Shown one piece after another: positions 24,438-33,582 of a stretch of DNA of 42,059 nt (position 1 is its first letter; each line of letters starts with the position of its first letter). The notes beneath the pieces are model-generated. The model did no database searches, was not told where the DNA came from, and worked only from the letters and a program-made list of their open reading frames with translations. This DNA comes from Escherichia phage HHU8. The position numbers and the translations under genes were made by a program. Location of the stretch: the sequence record PQ641135; one strand, written 5' to 3'.

Positions 24438-26896
24438 AATGCGATACCCTTACTCGTCAGGAATTGTCTCTTAAACTCCAGCACTTCATCGGCTGTCGTC
24501 TCTACGTGGTGCTTCTCGTACATGCTTGGCCCTGCTTCCACCTCTGCCGGGAACGGCACTGTCAGGTTATACTCTGGCCATACGTGGTTATAGTATTCCG
24601 GGATGCTCTCCATGATTGCCTTGAGTCCAACGAAGAACTCATGAGGGCAGTCAGGTGCAATGTCGAAATAGAATGCGTCATGCACTTGGTTGATGGGAAC
24701 CACACGCCCACCAAAGAAGTCGTTCGATAGCAGCCAGCGGAACAGCAGGCCACCGATTCCCTGTACCCAAAATGCGGTCTCACCCTGAATAGGGTAGTTA
24801 CGCATCTGAGTTGGTTTGTATTCCATCAGGTGAGCACGCGCCGCCTTGTTCCATTTCTCGTACTGACGGAATGAATAACAAGTTCCACCCGGCGACCGGA
24901 AGTGACCACGGCGATACACCTGCCATCTTCCGTTCTCGTCCTGCTCCTTGAACACATTGCTCTGTCCACTTTTCTCTACGGCTGGGAAGATAACCGAGTC
25001 GAACCATTCTTCAACTTCCGGGAACAGACCCTTCTCGTTGTCGATGAACGCTTGAGCTTCTTCCTCAGAGCAACCAGTCGAGTACGCAATGCCTCGCGCT
25101 GTTGCACCATACTGGTATGAGAACGCCTTCGGCTTAATGTCAGTACGCATCTGACTGTATCGTGCATGGTCAGGATGGGATTCATCCTTGCACTTCTTAA
25201 GCACGTCCTCGTATGGCTCGTTGAGCTGAGCTGACAGACGCATACAGTGCATGTCGATACCGTCGAGCAATGCACGAATCAGGTTCTTATCCTTGCTGAA
25301 CCCGGCCAGCCCCACCACTTCCAGTGCCGAGTAGTCAGCCTCAACGATGCGGCCACCTTCACCAAAGCGGGAGGTGAACATCTGCTTAACTTTACTCGTG
25401 CCTTTACGTGGCAAGTTCTGACTGTTAGGTCGCGCCGATGATAGGCGCGTCGTCTCCGTCGCGGTCATGTTGATGGTGTGGTGTACGATACTGTCCGGCT
25501 GGATGAACTGCATCATCCCCGACTGGCCAGTCACGTTCCCTTCTTCATCGAACGTCTCGCTCAGGTAGTAAGTGCCGAGGTCTTTCTGTGCCTTGGCTCG
25601 GTCGGCAATCTCCACCACGCCGGGAATCTTACGCGCTGCCAGAATGTCCAGCACCTCACCCGCCGTACTGAATACCGGACTGCCATCGGCAAGCCTGCGC
25701 TTACCAACCCAGTCACCCGTGCGCCGCAGGTATTCGCCCGGTCGCTTCGGGTCTTCCCATTCGAGGTTGTCTGCAATCTCCTTCGCTCGTTTGTCCTGCA
25801 CACGCAGGAGGCCCGGCATTCGGAACAGCACCTCACCCCACTTGGTATCCACCTCATCCGTTGCCAGCTTCTCGAACTTGGGCGCACCCTTGTACTTCCC
25901 GCTGGTGTAGATGGTCTGGTGTACCTTCTCAACCGGGTCATACCATAGCCCGGTCTCGGCATCCCACTCGCACTCGTTGGTATGCTTGACCCACTTGTCC
26001 TTGCCACGCTTGAACAGTGGTGCATCCACCTTGACGTAAATGAGATTGCCATCCCCATCCCGGCGCTCGACTCGCGCCTTGTACTTCATCACGCCGCCGA
26101 ACACGAACGCACTCATGTGGTAAGCTGACGTGAACTTGAACTGGTCACGCGCTTCCTGTGGCATGTCGGCTGGCAGGTAACTCAGCAGCGTATCAGTCAG
26201 CCCACTGATTGCATCCTGCAACTCACGGCGGTTGCGCTCGGCAACCTCGCGGTCAACGTGCAGACCAGCGTGCATCATGTACGCCCACATGAGCATACCT
26301 TCGAACCGGGTCAGTGCCATTGGCAACATGCCCTGCTTCGTCAGCTCAGACCACTGACCAACGAACAGCTTGGTCGTGTTCTCAATATCGCCGGACGGCC
26401 CGGACAGATATTCGCTCAGCAGCTCAGGGTCAATCTGGCTGGTCAGGTATCCCGACTCCCACATTGCCTTGACTGCATCCACCTTGTGAGTACCACCATA
26501 CTTCGGTGCTGTCTCGTTCAAGGATGGGTACTGGGATTGTTGGTGCGTCAGCAGATACTCAGCATACGCCGTACAGAATACACGGCCACCTCGTTTGAGG
26601 AAGGCGATGAACTCGTCACCGTAATGCTCGAACCACCAACTCAATTCATACGGCGCATTGTGGGCTACCAGAATGTTCGTGTCGGGATGCAGGTGCAGGC
26701 TCTTGTTCTGCAACCAATCCTCCCTCGAACTGTACCGATATTCCTCGCGCTCGTAGAACACCCAGCCATCCTTGGTCAGCACACAGTCACGCTGACCCTG
26801 CATCACCACATAGTTATCAGGGCAGCGGGGAGATGCTAGCTCCCCGTACCACTCGTGGTTCTCTGTTTCATAGTCAATGATACAGAACCTTGGCAT
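24434..26896 (-). CDS. DNA polymerase (family A, T7 gp5-like) with 3'-5' exonuclease domain
   Basis: 820-aa ORF; Exo I motif at the N-terminus (IIDYETE); a polymerase motif B-like K...YG (KPKAFSYQYGAT); C-terminal ...NQVHDAF. Confidence 0.9.
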   Translation of the reverse strand: MPRFCIIDYETENHEWYGELASPRCPDNYVVMQGQRDCVLTKDGWVFYEREEYRYSSREDWLQNKSLHLHPDTNILVAHNAPYELSWWFEHYGDEFIAFLKRGGRVFCTAYAEYLLTHQQSQYPSLNETAPKYGGTHKVDAVKAMWESGYLTSQIDPELLSEYLSGPSGDIENTTKLFVGQWSELTKQGMLPMALTRFEGMLMWAYMMHAGLHVDREVAERNRRELQDAISGLTDTLLSYLPADMPQEARDQFKFTSAYHMSAFVFGGVMKYKARVERRDGDGNLIYVKVDAPLFKRGKDKWVKHTNECEWDAETGLWYDPVEKVHQTIYTSGKYKGAPKFEKLATDEVDTKWGEVLFRMPGLLRVQDKRAKEIADNLEWEDPKRPGEYLRRTGDWVGKRRLADGSPVFSTAGEVLDILAARKIPGVVEIADRAKAQKDLGTYYLSETFDEEGNVTGQSGMMQFIQPDSIVHHTINMTATETTRLSSARPNSQNLPRKGTSKVKQMFTSRFGEGGRIVEADYSALEVVGLAGFSKDKNLIRALLDGIDMHCMRLSAQLNEPYEDVLKKCKDESHPDHARYSQMRTDIKPKAFSYQYGATARGIAYSTGCSEEEAQAFIDNEKGLFPEVEEWFDSVIFPAVEKSGQSNVFKEQDENGRWQVYRRGHFRSPGGTCYSFRQYEKWNKAARAHLMEYKPTQMRNYPIQGETAFWVQGIGGLLFRWLLSNDFFGGRVVPINQVHDAFYFDIAPDCPHEFFVGLKAIMESIPEYYNHVWPEYNLTVPFPAEVEAGPSMYEKHHVETTADEVLEFKRQFLTSKGIAL

Positions 26897-27567
26897 TAAG
26901 TGTTCTCCGACATGCGTTCTACGTAGTCCATAATGTGGCCATACAAGGCAGCATGCTTCTGCATCATATATGCCTTACGTCCATCACTAGCATCTGCACG
27001 CACAGTATGCAGAGTTAGTAAATCCTCGTAGTCTGTAACCTCGCGGAACTCCACAGGGAAATAGCTAGCTGCTTCTGGTGTGAAGCTTGGCTCGTATGGG
27101 TACGCCATGAAGTCGTTAGGGTCACGGCTGTACTGTCCGGAGTATCGCGGGATACTGGACGGGAAGTAGAACTGGTTCAGGTTGAAGTCGAACTCACCCA
27201 GCACCTGTGACCAGCAGCCACACTTGCTCACGATGATATCGACCGGGCCTAACTTGAACACACCATACAGACGGGAACCGAAGTCGCCGCCTTCGCTCGC
27301 ATCGTGGTAGCTTGGCATGAACTCATACGGCAGATTGTGCTGCTTGGCATAGTCCTCCAGTCTGGAGTCCAGCCAGTCCAGTCGGCCAACCACACGGCCT
27401 ATGTCGCTACCCCAACCGAAGACCACAATGTCATAGTCCTTCGGCTCAACACCCAGCGCGGTATCCCTTGCCCCTCCCCCGGCAACCACGAAGTTCAGTT
27501 CTTCGGATTGCAGCAGACGGCAGATATCTTCTGCCCACACGCGCTTGACTTCGGCATTACTTGTCAT
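26896..27567 (-). CDS. Pol-beta-superfamily nucleotidyltransferase (CCA-adding enzyme / poly(A) polymerase head-domain-like)
   Basis: 223-aa ORF; N-terminal motif FVVAGGGARDTALGVEPKDYDIVVFG is a close match to the class II CCA-adding / poly(A) polymerase head domain signature (GGxxRD...KDxDxxV). ATG at 27565-27567 with AAGGGG upstream. Confidence 0.55.
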   Translation of the reverse strand: MTSNAEVKRVWAEDICRLLQSEELNFVVAGGGARDTALGVEPKDYDIVVFGWGSDIGRVVGRLDWLDSRLEDYAKQHNLPYEFMPSYHDASEGGDFGSRLYGVFKLGPVDIIVSKCGCWSQVLGEFDFNLNQFYFPSSIPRYSGQYSRDPNDFMAYPYEPSFTPEAASYFPVEFREVTDYEDLLTLHTVRADASDGRKAYMMQKHAALYGHIMDYVERMSENT

Positions 27568-27748
27568 GCTTCTGTTTCCCCTTACGATAAGTGAAGTTCA
27601 CCACGGCCACCACATCAGCAGGCGGCACATTGAATCGCTCAGCCAGCGCCTCAGCACCACGGAACGCATCACCCTTCCGGTACTGCGCCCGGATGGTAGC
27701 CTGCTCACGTTGGTTTAAGGGTGCCGCTCGATACGTGCGTTCTTCCAT
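27557..27748 (-). CDS. small putative helix-turn-helix DNA-binding protein
   Basis: 63-aa ORF; ATG at 27746-27748 with GGAG upstream; the segment IRAQYRKGDAFRGAEALAERFNVPPADVVAVV resembles a sigma-70 region-4-like HTH. Confidence 0.4.
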   Translation of the reverse strand: MEERTYRAAPLNQREQATIRAQYRKGDAFRGAEALAERFNVPPADVVAVVNFTYRKGKQKHDK

Positions 27749-27868
27749 ACTGCTTTACTCCACACTTTTCACATTCATAAATCACCAGCACTTTGCCAGT
27801 GGCCTTGCCCTTTACCTGCTCAGTAAGCAGGCTGCTGCCGCAAGAGCAACGGTGATAGCTGCGCCCCT

Positions 27869-28210
27869 TCACCACTTACTCGGCGTGGAACCGGGAAGGT
27901 AGTTGGTCGTAGGCTTGCGCTCGACGTACTGATTGTATGCAGACATGGCATCACACGCTGCCTGATACAGTCGTTCAGCTTCTGCATAGCTCCAGTCCTC
28001 GACAGGTTGTACTGGCTCAGCTACCTCTGCGAGCTGCCAAGACTTGGGCCGCGCAGTCCATGAGCCGCCGACACCGGAACCTCGCGCACCATCATCACGG
28101 TCGATGCTGATGTAGCGGTCGCTCACATCCACGATGGTGCCAGTCGCACCGTAATGCACAGTGCCCTTATCTACGTTTACTACGCGGTCGCCTACTTTCA
28201 GTCTGCTCAT
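27869..28210 (-). CDS. hypothetical protein
   Basis: 113-aa ORF; ATG at 28208-28210 with GAGGA upstream. Confidence 0.45.
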   Translation of the reverse strand: MSRLKVGDRVVNVDKGTVHYGATGTIVDVSDRYISIDRDDGARGSGVGGSWTARPKSWQLAEVAEPVQPVEDWSYAEAERLYQAACDAMSAYNQYVERKPTTNYLPGSTPSKW

Positions 28211-29475
28211 TACATATCCTCATATTGGCAGCGGTCAGCAAAGAAGTGTACCTGTGACCGCACGTTGCTCGGACGCCCAGCAATCTGGCGTTTGTTCTTC
28301 GGCGTACTGACACCGCGCCGCGCCGCCAGCGATGGGTCATCCACGCTGCCGAGCATCACGATAACATCAGTCGCCCCTTGGATACCAGTCTTGGAATCCT
28401 TCAATGCGTCAAGCGCCGGGAACATATCATCGGCACCATCGGCTGATACCTGAACCGTAGCCAGTGACACGAAGTTGTGTCGCACTGCCAGCTCACGTAC
28501 CTCCTGCCATAGCTGCTCAACCTGACTCGCCTTGTTGCTCGACGGGTCAGACACAGACAGCTTGAAGTTGGCAAGCATATCCCACACCACGATGCACGGG
28601 TTCATCGCTTCGATAACCTGCTCAGCTTTCGCCAGCGTCGCGCCGTGCATATCCTTCACACGAATCACGTTGGCTGGCGCACCCAGTGCTTTGGCGTACG
28701 CAGCGTGCAGCTTGCTCCTGTCCTCGCCCAGCTCTTTCAGTTCCGGGAGCGTACAGTTGAGCGCCGCCTGATAGATGCGCGGGATGATGTTGATGCCCTG
28801 CCCTTCGTTGTTGAACCACAGGATTGGTCTGCCCGGATACAGCTTCGCTGCTGTCGCCGCCATTCGCGTAAGGTTAAACGCGATGAAGCTGGTCTTCCCA
28901 CTGTCAGGTCGGGCAGCGATTGCAACGGAGTCGCCGGGAAGCAGTACGCGTACGCTATCTTGCAGACACATGAGACCGAACTTAAAGCCTTGGTCATCAT
29001 CAGTGCGATTAATAATGTCAACCACATCGTCATCGACGTAATCGGTAACTGATGATTGGCCCCGACTGCGGCGTGCGCCCTCAGCCAGACGGCCAAGCTC
29101 ATAGATAATATCCAGTTCTTCACCATTGTCGTACCTCTGCATCAGCAGGTTCGCACGGCCAGCGGTGTCCAACTCTACGAGCTGGTCAAGGATGCCTTCC
29201 TTCTGTTCCTTCGTGGGCTGATACTCTTTGAGCTGAGCACACAATGAATCGAAGGCTGCCATCTGTTCAGGCGTGCTGCCTGTCTTCAAACGAACATGCG
29301 TACCCAGTGTCTCAATGTCAATGAAGTCACTGTCCGGGAACGCGTCAAAGTATGAGCCGTAAGCACGCAGCATATAGCCCGTGGTCTGGCTCATTGTATC
29401 TTCCGGGATGGCGTGTCGCAGGGAGTTATACTTCCCGCGCTCGCGCATCACCGTTAACAACAGCTTGTCAAGCAC
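28210..29475 (-). CDS. replicative DNA helicase (DnaB / T7 gp4 helicase-domain-like)
   Basis: 421-aa ORF with Walker A (AARPDSGKTSF) and downstream helicase-like motifs; GTG start at 29473-29475 with AGGAG 7 nt upstream (an ATG start at 29448 is the alternative). Confidence 0.8.
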   Translation of the reverse strand: MLDKLLLTVMRERGKYNSLRHAIPEDTMSQTTGYMLRAYGSYFDAFPDSDFIDIETLGTHVRLKTGSTPEQMAAFDSLCAQLKEYQPTKEQKEGILDQLVELDTAGRANLLMQRYDNGEELDIIYELGRLAEGARRSRGQSSVTDYVDDDVVDIINRTDDDQGFKFGLMCLQDSVRVLLPGDSVAIAARPDSGKTSFIAFNLTRMAATAAKLYPGRPILWFNNEGQGINIIPRIYQAALNCTLPELKELGEDRSKLHAAYAKALGAPANVIRVKDMHGATLAKAEQVIEAMNPCIVVWDMLANFKLSVSDPSSNKASQVEQLWQEVRELAVRHNFVSLATVQVSADGADDMFPALDALKDSKTGIQGATDVIVMLGSVDDPSLAARRGVSTPKNKRQIAGRPSNVRSQVHFFADRCQYEDM

Positions 29476-29476
29476 A

Positions 29477-30187
29477 TCACTCTCCTACGATTTGCACACG
29501 CCCAACGACACGCAGCTCCCGGCGTATGCGCTGAGCACTTGGGTGGTGGCAGATAACCACGAGGTTGTATCCATACGCCAGCGTCACACTGACCAGCGCC
29601 TGCAACGTTGAGTCGTCCACGTTTGGAACGAACGCGCAGTTGCCGCCGTCGCGTACCTGCTGGAGATACTCGTCCACCTCACCATAAATCCAGAGGCAGT
29701 TGGTCTCAGCATTACCACGAGGGCTGACCTTCATTGCCAAGCTGTGCTTGTGCGGCGAGCGCCACGGGATGAACTGCCTACCAGTGTAGTCCAGACCACA
29801 GTAGCTGCCCGTGTCGTCCGGCAGATACAGCCTGCCATACGTTGGGCTTGCAGTCAGGATAGACAGGTGAGGCATCAGGTTCTCCCGCTCCAGCACAGGT
29901 AGCAGCAAGCGCGGCTGCTTGGCAATCACCTCAGTGATAGGCACTACATCCGTAGGCACCTTCACTTGCACCTCCGCTGGCGGCACATACACAGCATGGG
30001 TTAAGTCATGCTTGCGGCTGTACCCGCAGCGGTGGCACTTGCACCAGATGTAATCCGGCGCACGACCGTACTCGAAGTTGGTCTTGTTGAATGACCGCGA
30101 GCAACTGTGAAACGTCCTTCGCTTTTGTCCTACTGGCAGACGCTTCGCCAGCTCCGGCCACTCGTCGTTGCTCACTGATTTCATCAT
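29477..30187 (-). CDS. DNA primase (zinc-ribbon plus primase core)
   Basis: 236-aa ORF immediately upstream of the helicase; Cys/His cluster (FHSCS...WCKCHRCG) consistent with a primase zinc-binding domain. Split primase and helicase genes are typical of phiKMV-like genomes. Confidence 0.65.
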   Translation of the reverse strand: MMKSVSNDEWPELAKRLPVGQKRRTFHSCSRSFNKTNFEYGRAPDYIWCKCHRCGYSRKHDLTHAVYVPPAEVQVKVPTDVVPITEVIAKQPRLLLPVLERENLMPHLSILTASPTYGRLYLPDDTGSYCGLDYTGRQFIPWRSPHKHSLAMKVSPRGNAETNCLWIYGEVDEYLQQVRDGGNCAFVPNVDDSTLQALVSVTLAYGYNLVVICHHPSAQRIRRELRVVGRVQIVGE

Positions 30188-30624
30188 TCGTTATCCCAGT
30201 CCGGTATGTACTGAATCTTCTTCTTCATCTTCACGCTGGCTACAACTTGCAGCACACGGACAGTACCGCCGTGGCATTCAGCCAGACGCTCAGCTTCTTC
30301 ACGCGCATCCAGTTCAGTGATGTGCTCAACCTTCGGCGGCGCATTGCTACCCACGACCAAGCACATATAGCGGCCCCGGTCTTCCGGCTTGCGGCTGACC
30401 AGACTGGTGTTGTCTTCGAGCCACTCGGATTTGTAGTGGCTGATATCCGGCTGCGCATTCAGGCGCTCACCAATCCAGCTCACGATGTAACGAGTCTCCC
30501 CGCTGCGCTCCCACGCTCGGCGGTCAGGGTTAACCCACGCGATGATACCCAGCTTACCCGACCGGGTGCCAGTGCCATCGTCGCCTACGATTTCATCCCC
30601 GACTTTATACTTTGGCTTCACCAT
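30184..30624 (-). CDS. hypothetical protein
   Basis: 146-aa ORF; ATG at 30622-30624 with GGAGGTGGA upstream. Confidence 0.5.
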   Translation of the reverse strand: MVKPKYKVGDEIVGDDGTGTRSGKLGIIAWVNPDRRAWERSGETRYIVSWIGERLNAQPDISHYKSEWLEDNTSLVSRKPEDRGRYMCLVVGSNAPPKVEHITELDAREEAERLAECHGGTVRVLQVVASVKMKKKIQYIPDWDNE

Positions 30625-30821
30625 TTAATCCACCTCCGGCTCTGGCCTACACTCAGGCTCAACTGCATCAGACCCCAGCCCACCAGCATACCGAGCAGCG
30701 TGCCCAGTGTTGAAGTGGCTGACTCACCGACAGTAGGGATAAGCACCAGTGATGCAAGACCCACCCACAATGCTCCCCAAATAATTACCAGAAGCAGGAA
30801 CAACAATATTACTTTGAACAT
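30618..30821 (-). CDS. small membrane protein with two predicted transmembrane helices
   Basis: 67-aa ORF (MFKVILLFLLLVIIWGALWVGLASLVLIP...LGTLLGMLVGWGLMQLSL); ATG at 30819-30821 with GTGAGGTGA upstream; preceded by a hairpin and a copy of the ATGAAGGTGTCTATA motif. Confidence 0.45.
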   Translation of the reverse strand: MFKVILLFLLLVIIWGALWVGLASLVLIPTVGESATSTLGTLLGMLVGWGLMQLSLSVGQSRRWIKW

Positions 30822-30893
30822 AGTTCACCTCACGTTGGCCAATATAGACACCTTCATAATGCCTGCTAAATAATAACAGGCATGAGTAGATGA

Positions 30894-31064
30894 CTACGCC
30901 GGAATAACATTACGCACTATACGTTGCAGGTCTTCGAGTTTACTCTCGGCCTCCCACTTTGTATCACGTACAGCCAAAGGTTTATTCGGCTGGAGTTTAT
31001 TAACAACCCACCAGAATAATCCGGTGGGTGATTTGATTACGGCCAGCTTAGTGTCGCGTTGCAT
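30894..31064 (-). CDS. hypothetical protein
   Basis: 56 aa from the ATG at 31062-31064 (GGAG upstream); the longer track ORF starts at a GTG. Confidence 0.35.
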   Translation of the reverse strand: MQRDTKLAVIKSPTGLFWWVVNKLQPNKPLAVRDTKWEAESKLEDLQRIVRNVIPA

Positions 31065-31560
31065 TCTTCGACTCCAGCATTGCACGAATCATTTTTTCAA
31101 CGTTACCCTTGAGGGTACGAATCGTTGCGTCAATGAACTCACCCACGAACAGCAGACCCAGCGCAGTCTCGCTGATATCCTTCGGCACGTTGGCACACGC
31201 CATGTACCAGTCGTGATACTGCTCAGCAATATCCTTGCTCGACATAGCCTGCGCCGCCAGCTTGCCAGCCAGACGCAGCTCGACCTGTGCTTCTTCATCG
31301 CCAGCAGCCTGCGCCACCCGCATGTTCATGCCGATGATGACGCTGACGTTGCGAGCCAGCAGCGCACCAGTACGAGTGGCCGGGATAATGTCCAGTGCCG
31401 CCTCTTTACCAGCACGCACCGCGCCGATGTAGCTTTGCTTCGGCATGTACCCGCCTTTGTACTCAATGATTTCACTGAGCATCGGCTCGCTGTCGATGTG
31501 CTCAGCCAGCAGCTTGATTACTTCCAACTGCTTAGGGTTAAATGTTTTGAAGTCAATCAT
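31048..31560 (-). CDS. hypothetical protein
   Basis: 170-aa ORF; ATG at 31558-31560 overlaps the upstream stop (ATGA). Confidence 0.5.
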   Translation of the reverse strand: MIDFKTFNPKQLEVIKLLAEHIDSEPMLSEIIEYKGGYMPKQSYIGAVRAGKEAALDIIPATRTGALLARNVSVIIGMNMRVAQAAGDEEAQVELRLAGKLAAQAMSSKDIAEQYHDWYMACANVPKDISETALGLLFVGEFIDATIRTLKGNVEKMIRAMLESKNATRH

Positions 31561-31856
31561 TTGTTATCCTCTTTCAGAATACGCACGGTGAACTCGTCGT
31601 CCTCGTACGCCTGCCACTCACGTTCAGGGCCATGTCCCAGTTTGGTAACAACCAGTCGGCTGCCGTCATACTCAACGGCACCGATGCGCTGGATGTACCC
31701 GCCGTATGCTACCACGTAGTCGCCCAGCTTAAGCTCCTGCGTTTTCTTCTCGACGTACTGAAACGGCGAGTCGTCATGCACAGGGACTGGCGGTGCGCCA
31801 AAGGCATCCACCAACCAGCGCTGTAGCTTGGCTACGTTCTCACTCCACTTACTCAT
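31557..31856 (-). CDS. hypothetical protein
   Basis: 99 aa from the ATG at 31854-31856, just after the upstream gene's stop. Confidence 0.45.
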   Translation of the reverse strand: MSKWSENVAKLQRWLVDAFGAPPVPVHDDSPFQYVEKKTQELKLGDYVVAYGGYIQRIGAVEYDGSRLVVTKLGHGPEREWQAYEDDEFTVRILKEDNK

Positions 31857-31858
31857 AG

Positions 31859-32143
31859 TCACACCTCTCTTTCTTCCAGCCATTGTTGCGCGGCTGCATA
31901 CGCATCTTCATAACTGATGAAGCCGTCGAACTCGTCGCCGTTCGGTGCGAGGAAGCACCAGTCGAGCTTCACATTAGGATTGCCACGAGCAAAGATAACG
32001 CAGGGAAACACACCGCCTACGCTGTGACCACGCAGGCCACCGTTGCCAGAGAGATGACCACGGGTAGCTGCGACCCCGCGCTTTTCAACTGCCGCCCGGA
32101 TATCTGCGGCGTGCTCAATGATTGATTCGGATGCCAGTACCAT
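31859..32143 (-). CDS. hypothetical protein
   Basis: 94-aa ORF; ATG at 32141-32143 with GTGAGGT upstream. Confidence 0.45.
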   Translation of the reverse strand: MVLASESIIEHAADIRAAVEKRGVAATRGHLSGNGGLRGHSVGGVFPCVIFARGNPNVKLDWCFLAPNGDEFDGFISYEDAYAAAQQWLEEREV

Positions 32144-32145
32144 GA

Positions 32146-32298
32146 TTAATACCTCACTAAATAATATTCCCAGTGCATGAAGTGGCCGCCGAGATACACG
32201 GCATGGCTCACCAGATTAGGGTTGCTTGCCCCACCCAGCGCACAGTAACCAGCGTAGGTTAACTGATTGGCGTGAGCATTATATGTGCTGCCGCCCAT
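32146..32298 (-). CDS. small hypothetical protein (50 aa), below the ORF-track length cutoff
   Basis: My own translation: ATG at 32296-32298 preceded by GGAGGT with ~6-nt spacing; 50 codons (MGGSTYNAHANQLTYAGYCALGGASNPNLVSHAVYLGGHFMHWEYYLVRY) ending at TAA 32146-32148, directly upstream of the next gene's start. Confidence 0.3.
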   Translation of the reverse strand: MGGSTYNAHANQLTYAGYCALGGASNPNLVSHAVYLGGHFMHWEYYLVRY

Positions 32299-32355
32299 AC
32301 TTACCTCCATCGTTTGATAATGACACTGCCCCCGGCACGCAGAGGCAGTAGCTTA

Positions 32356-32601
32356 TCACACTTCGATGGTGCCAGCCAGTTCATACGGGCCGAAGCAATT
32401 GATGACAGCTTGCGACTTGACATGCGTGCGGTTAGCTTCGAAGCCTGCACGCTTGGTGGTTGCGATGCGCTGCACATCAGCCAGTGTCTCAGCCGCCGCG
32501 CCGTTCATTGCAATCACATCGACCGGAGCTACAATCTGCTGCCCTTCCGGTACGATAGTCCAGTCACCCTCGCCGTCTTTGTATACGTCATACTTAGCCA
32601 T
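32356..32601 (-). CDS. hypothetical protein
   Basis: 81-aa ORF; ATG at 32599-32601 with GAGAGG upstream. Confidence 0.45.
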   Translation of the reverse strand: MAKYDVYKDGEGDWTIVPEGQQIVAPVDVIAMNGAAAETLADVQRIATTKRAGFEANRTHVKSQAVINCFGPYELAGTIEV

Positions 32602-32659
32602 GTTTGCCTCTCGTTTATTTGATAGTGGTACAGCCCCTGCAAGCAGAGGCTATAGATTA

Positions 32660-32911
32660 TTACTCGACGAACTTGAATGACTTACCTTCATGGTAGTCAA
32701 TGTGTGCGCTAGCTAAGTCACCCACTTCATCACGGAAACTGACCGAGCGCTTGTCAACTTCATCCCCTTCGGCGTCCACTTCGCCCGGTTCGAGGATGAG
32801 TACATCGTACTCTTTACCCTCAACGGTATCGAGGAACGGACAGAAGGTGCCGAACGGAGTAGGACGGCCACAGTCGTTGCGCAGAATTACAATCTTAGCT
32901 TGAGTGCTCAT
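32660..32911 (-). CDS. hypothetical acidic protein
   Basis: 83 aa from the ATG at 32909-32911 (GAGGT upstream); acidic stretch EPGEVDAEGDEVD. Confidence 0.45.
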   Translation of the reverse strand: MSTQAKIVILRNDCGRPTPFGTFCPFLDTVEGKEYDVLILEPGEVDAEGDEVDKRSVSFRDEVGDLASAHIDYHEGKSFKFVE

Positions 32912-32999
32912 ATAAAACCTCACGTTAGGTTGATGTTATGACCGATGATGCGAATCAGAATTGAACGTGCCATGTTGTTACCCTCTCTTGTGTTGTGGA

Positions 33000-33242
33000 T
33001 TAAACGATTTCAAACCAGTCGTGAGACTGCGTGAAGAAGTCACACGGATGGCCGCGCTCGTCCAGTACAGCCACGGTCTCGAAGCCTGCTACATCTTCGG
33101 CGTTCTTACCGTAGACTTTGGCCAGCTTGGGGAAAGCCTTGACCAGATTCTCGCCAGCATCAATGAGCACTGCATCGTACTCGTTGCCAACGGTGAAGCC
33201 AGCGCGACGGCCTACTACTTTCAACTTAACTTTCTTGCTCAT
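33000..33242 (-). CDS. hypothetical protein
   Basis: 80-aa ORF; ATG at 33240-33242 with GAGGAA upstream; overlaps the upstream stop. Confidence 0.45.
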   Translation of the reverse strand: MSKKVKLKVVGRRAGFTVGNEYDAVLIDAGENLVKAFPKLAKVYGKNAEDVAGFETVAVLDERGHPCDFFTQSHDWFEIV

Positions 33243-33580
33243 GATTGTTCCTCGTTGTCAATACCAAAGAGATACATCTGCCCTTCATAGATGGGAGTCA
33301 GTACCTTGAGCCACGTCTGGACAGCCAGCGGCGCGGCGCTATGATGTTGCTCGTTCAGCAGGTCAATGATGAATGGCCTGCGCCCGGCGTACGCTTTGAA
33401 GCGGTCGATGATTTGCTCGTCGGTCGCCTCGCTCGTCAGCATGTGCTGACCTAAGATTTCAATCTGGTCAATGACGACCAGCCCTTCCTGACCATCGGGC
33501 AGGCGGTACAGCAGTACCGCCACGTCTTGCCCATCCGTAATGTCAGGCCCACGGAATACCTTGACCGGATGCAGCGCCAT
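33239..33580 (-). CDS. hypothetical acidic protein
   Basis: 113-aa ORF; ATG at 33578-33580 with GAGGT upstream. Confidence 0.45.
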   Translation of the reverse strand: MALHPVKVFRGPDITDGQDVAVLLYRLPDGQEGLVVIDQIEILGQHMLTSEATDEQIIDRFKAYAGRRPFIIDLLNEQHHSAAPLAVQTWLKVLTPIYEGQMYLFGIDNEEQS

Positions 33581-33582
33581 GC

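Noticed and set aside
27705-27872. Possible 55-codon zinc-ribbon-like ORF (CSC...CEKC) in the gap between genes 27869-28210 and 27557-27748
   Set aside because: It would have to start at a GTG with no SD and would overlap the downstream gene by ~44 nt; the Cys spacing is suggestive but the evidence for translation is weak.
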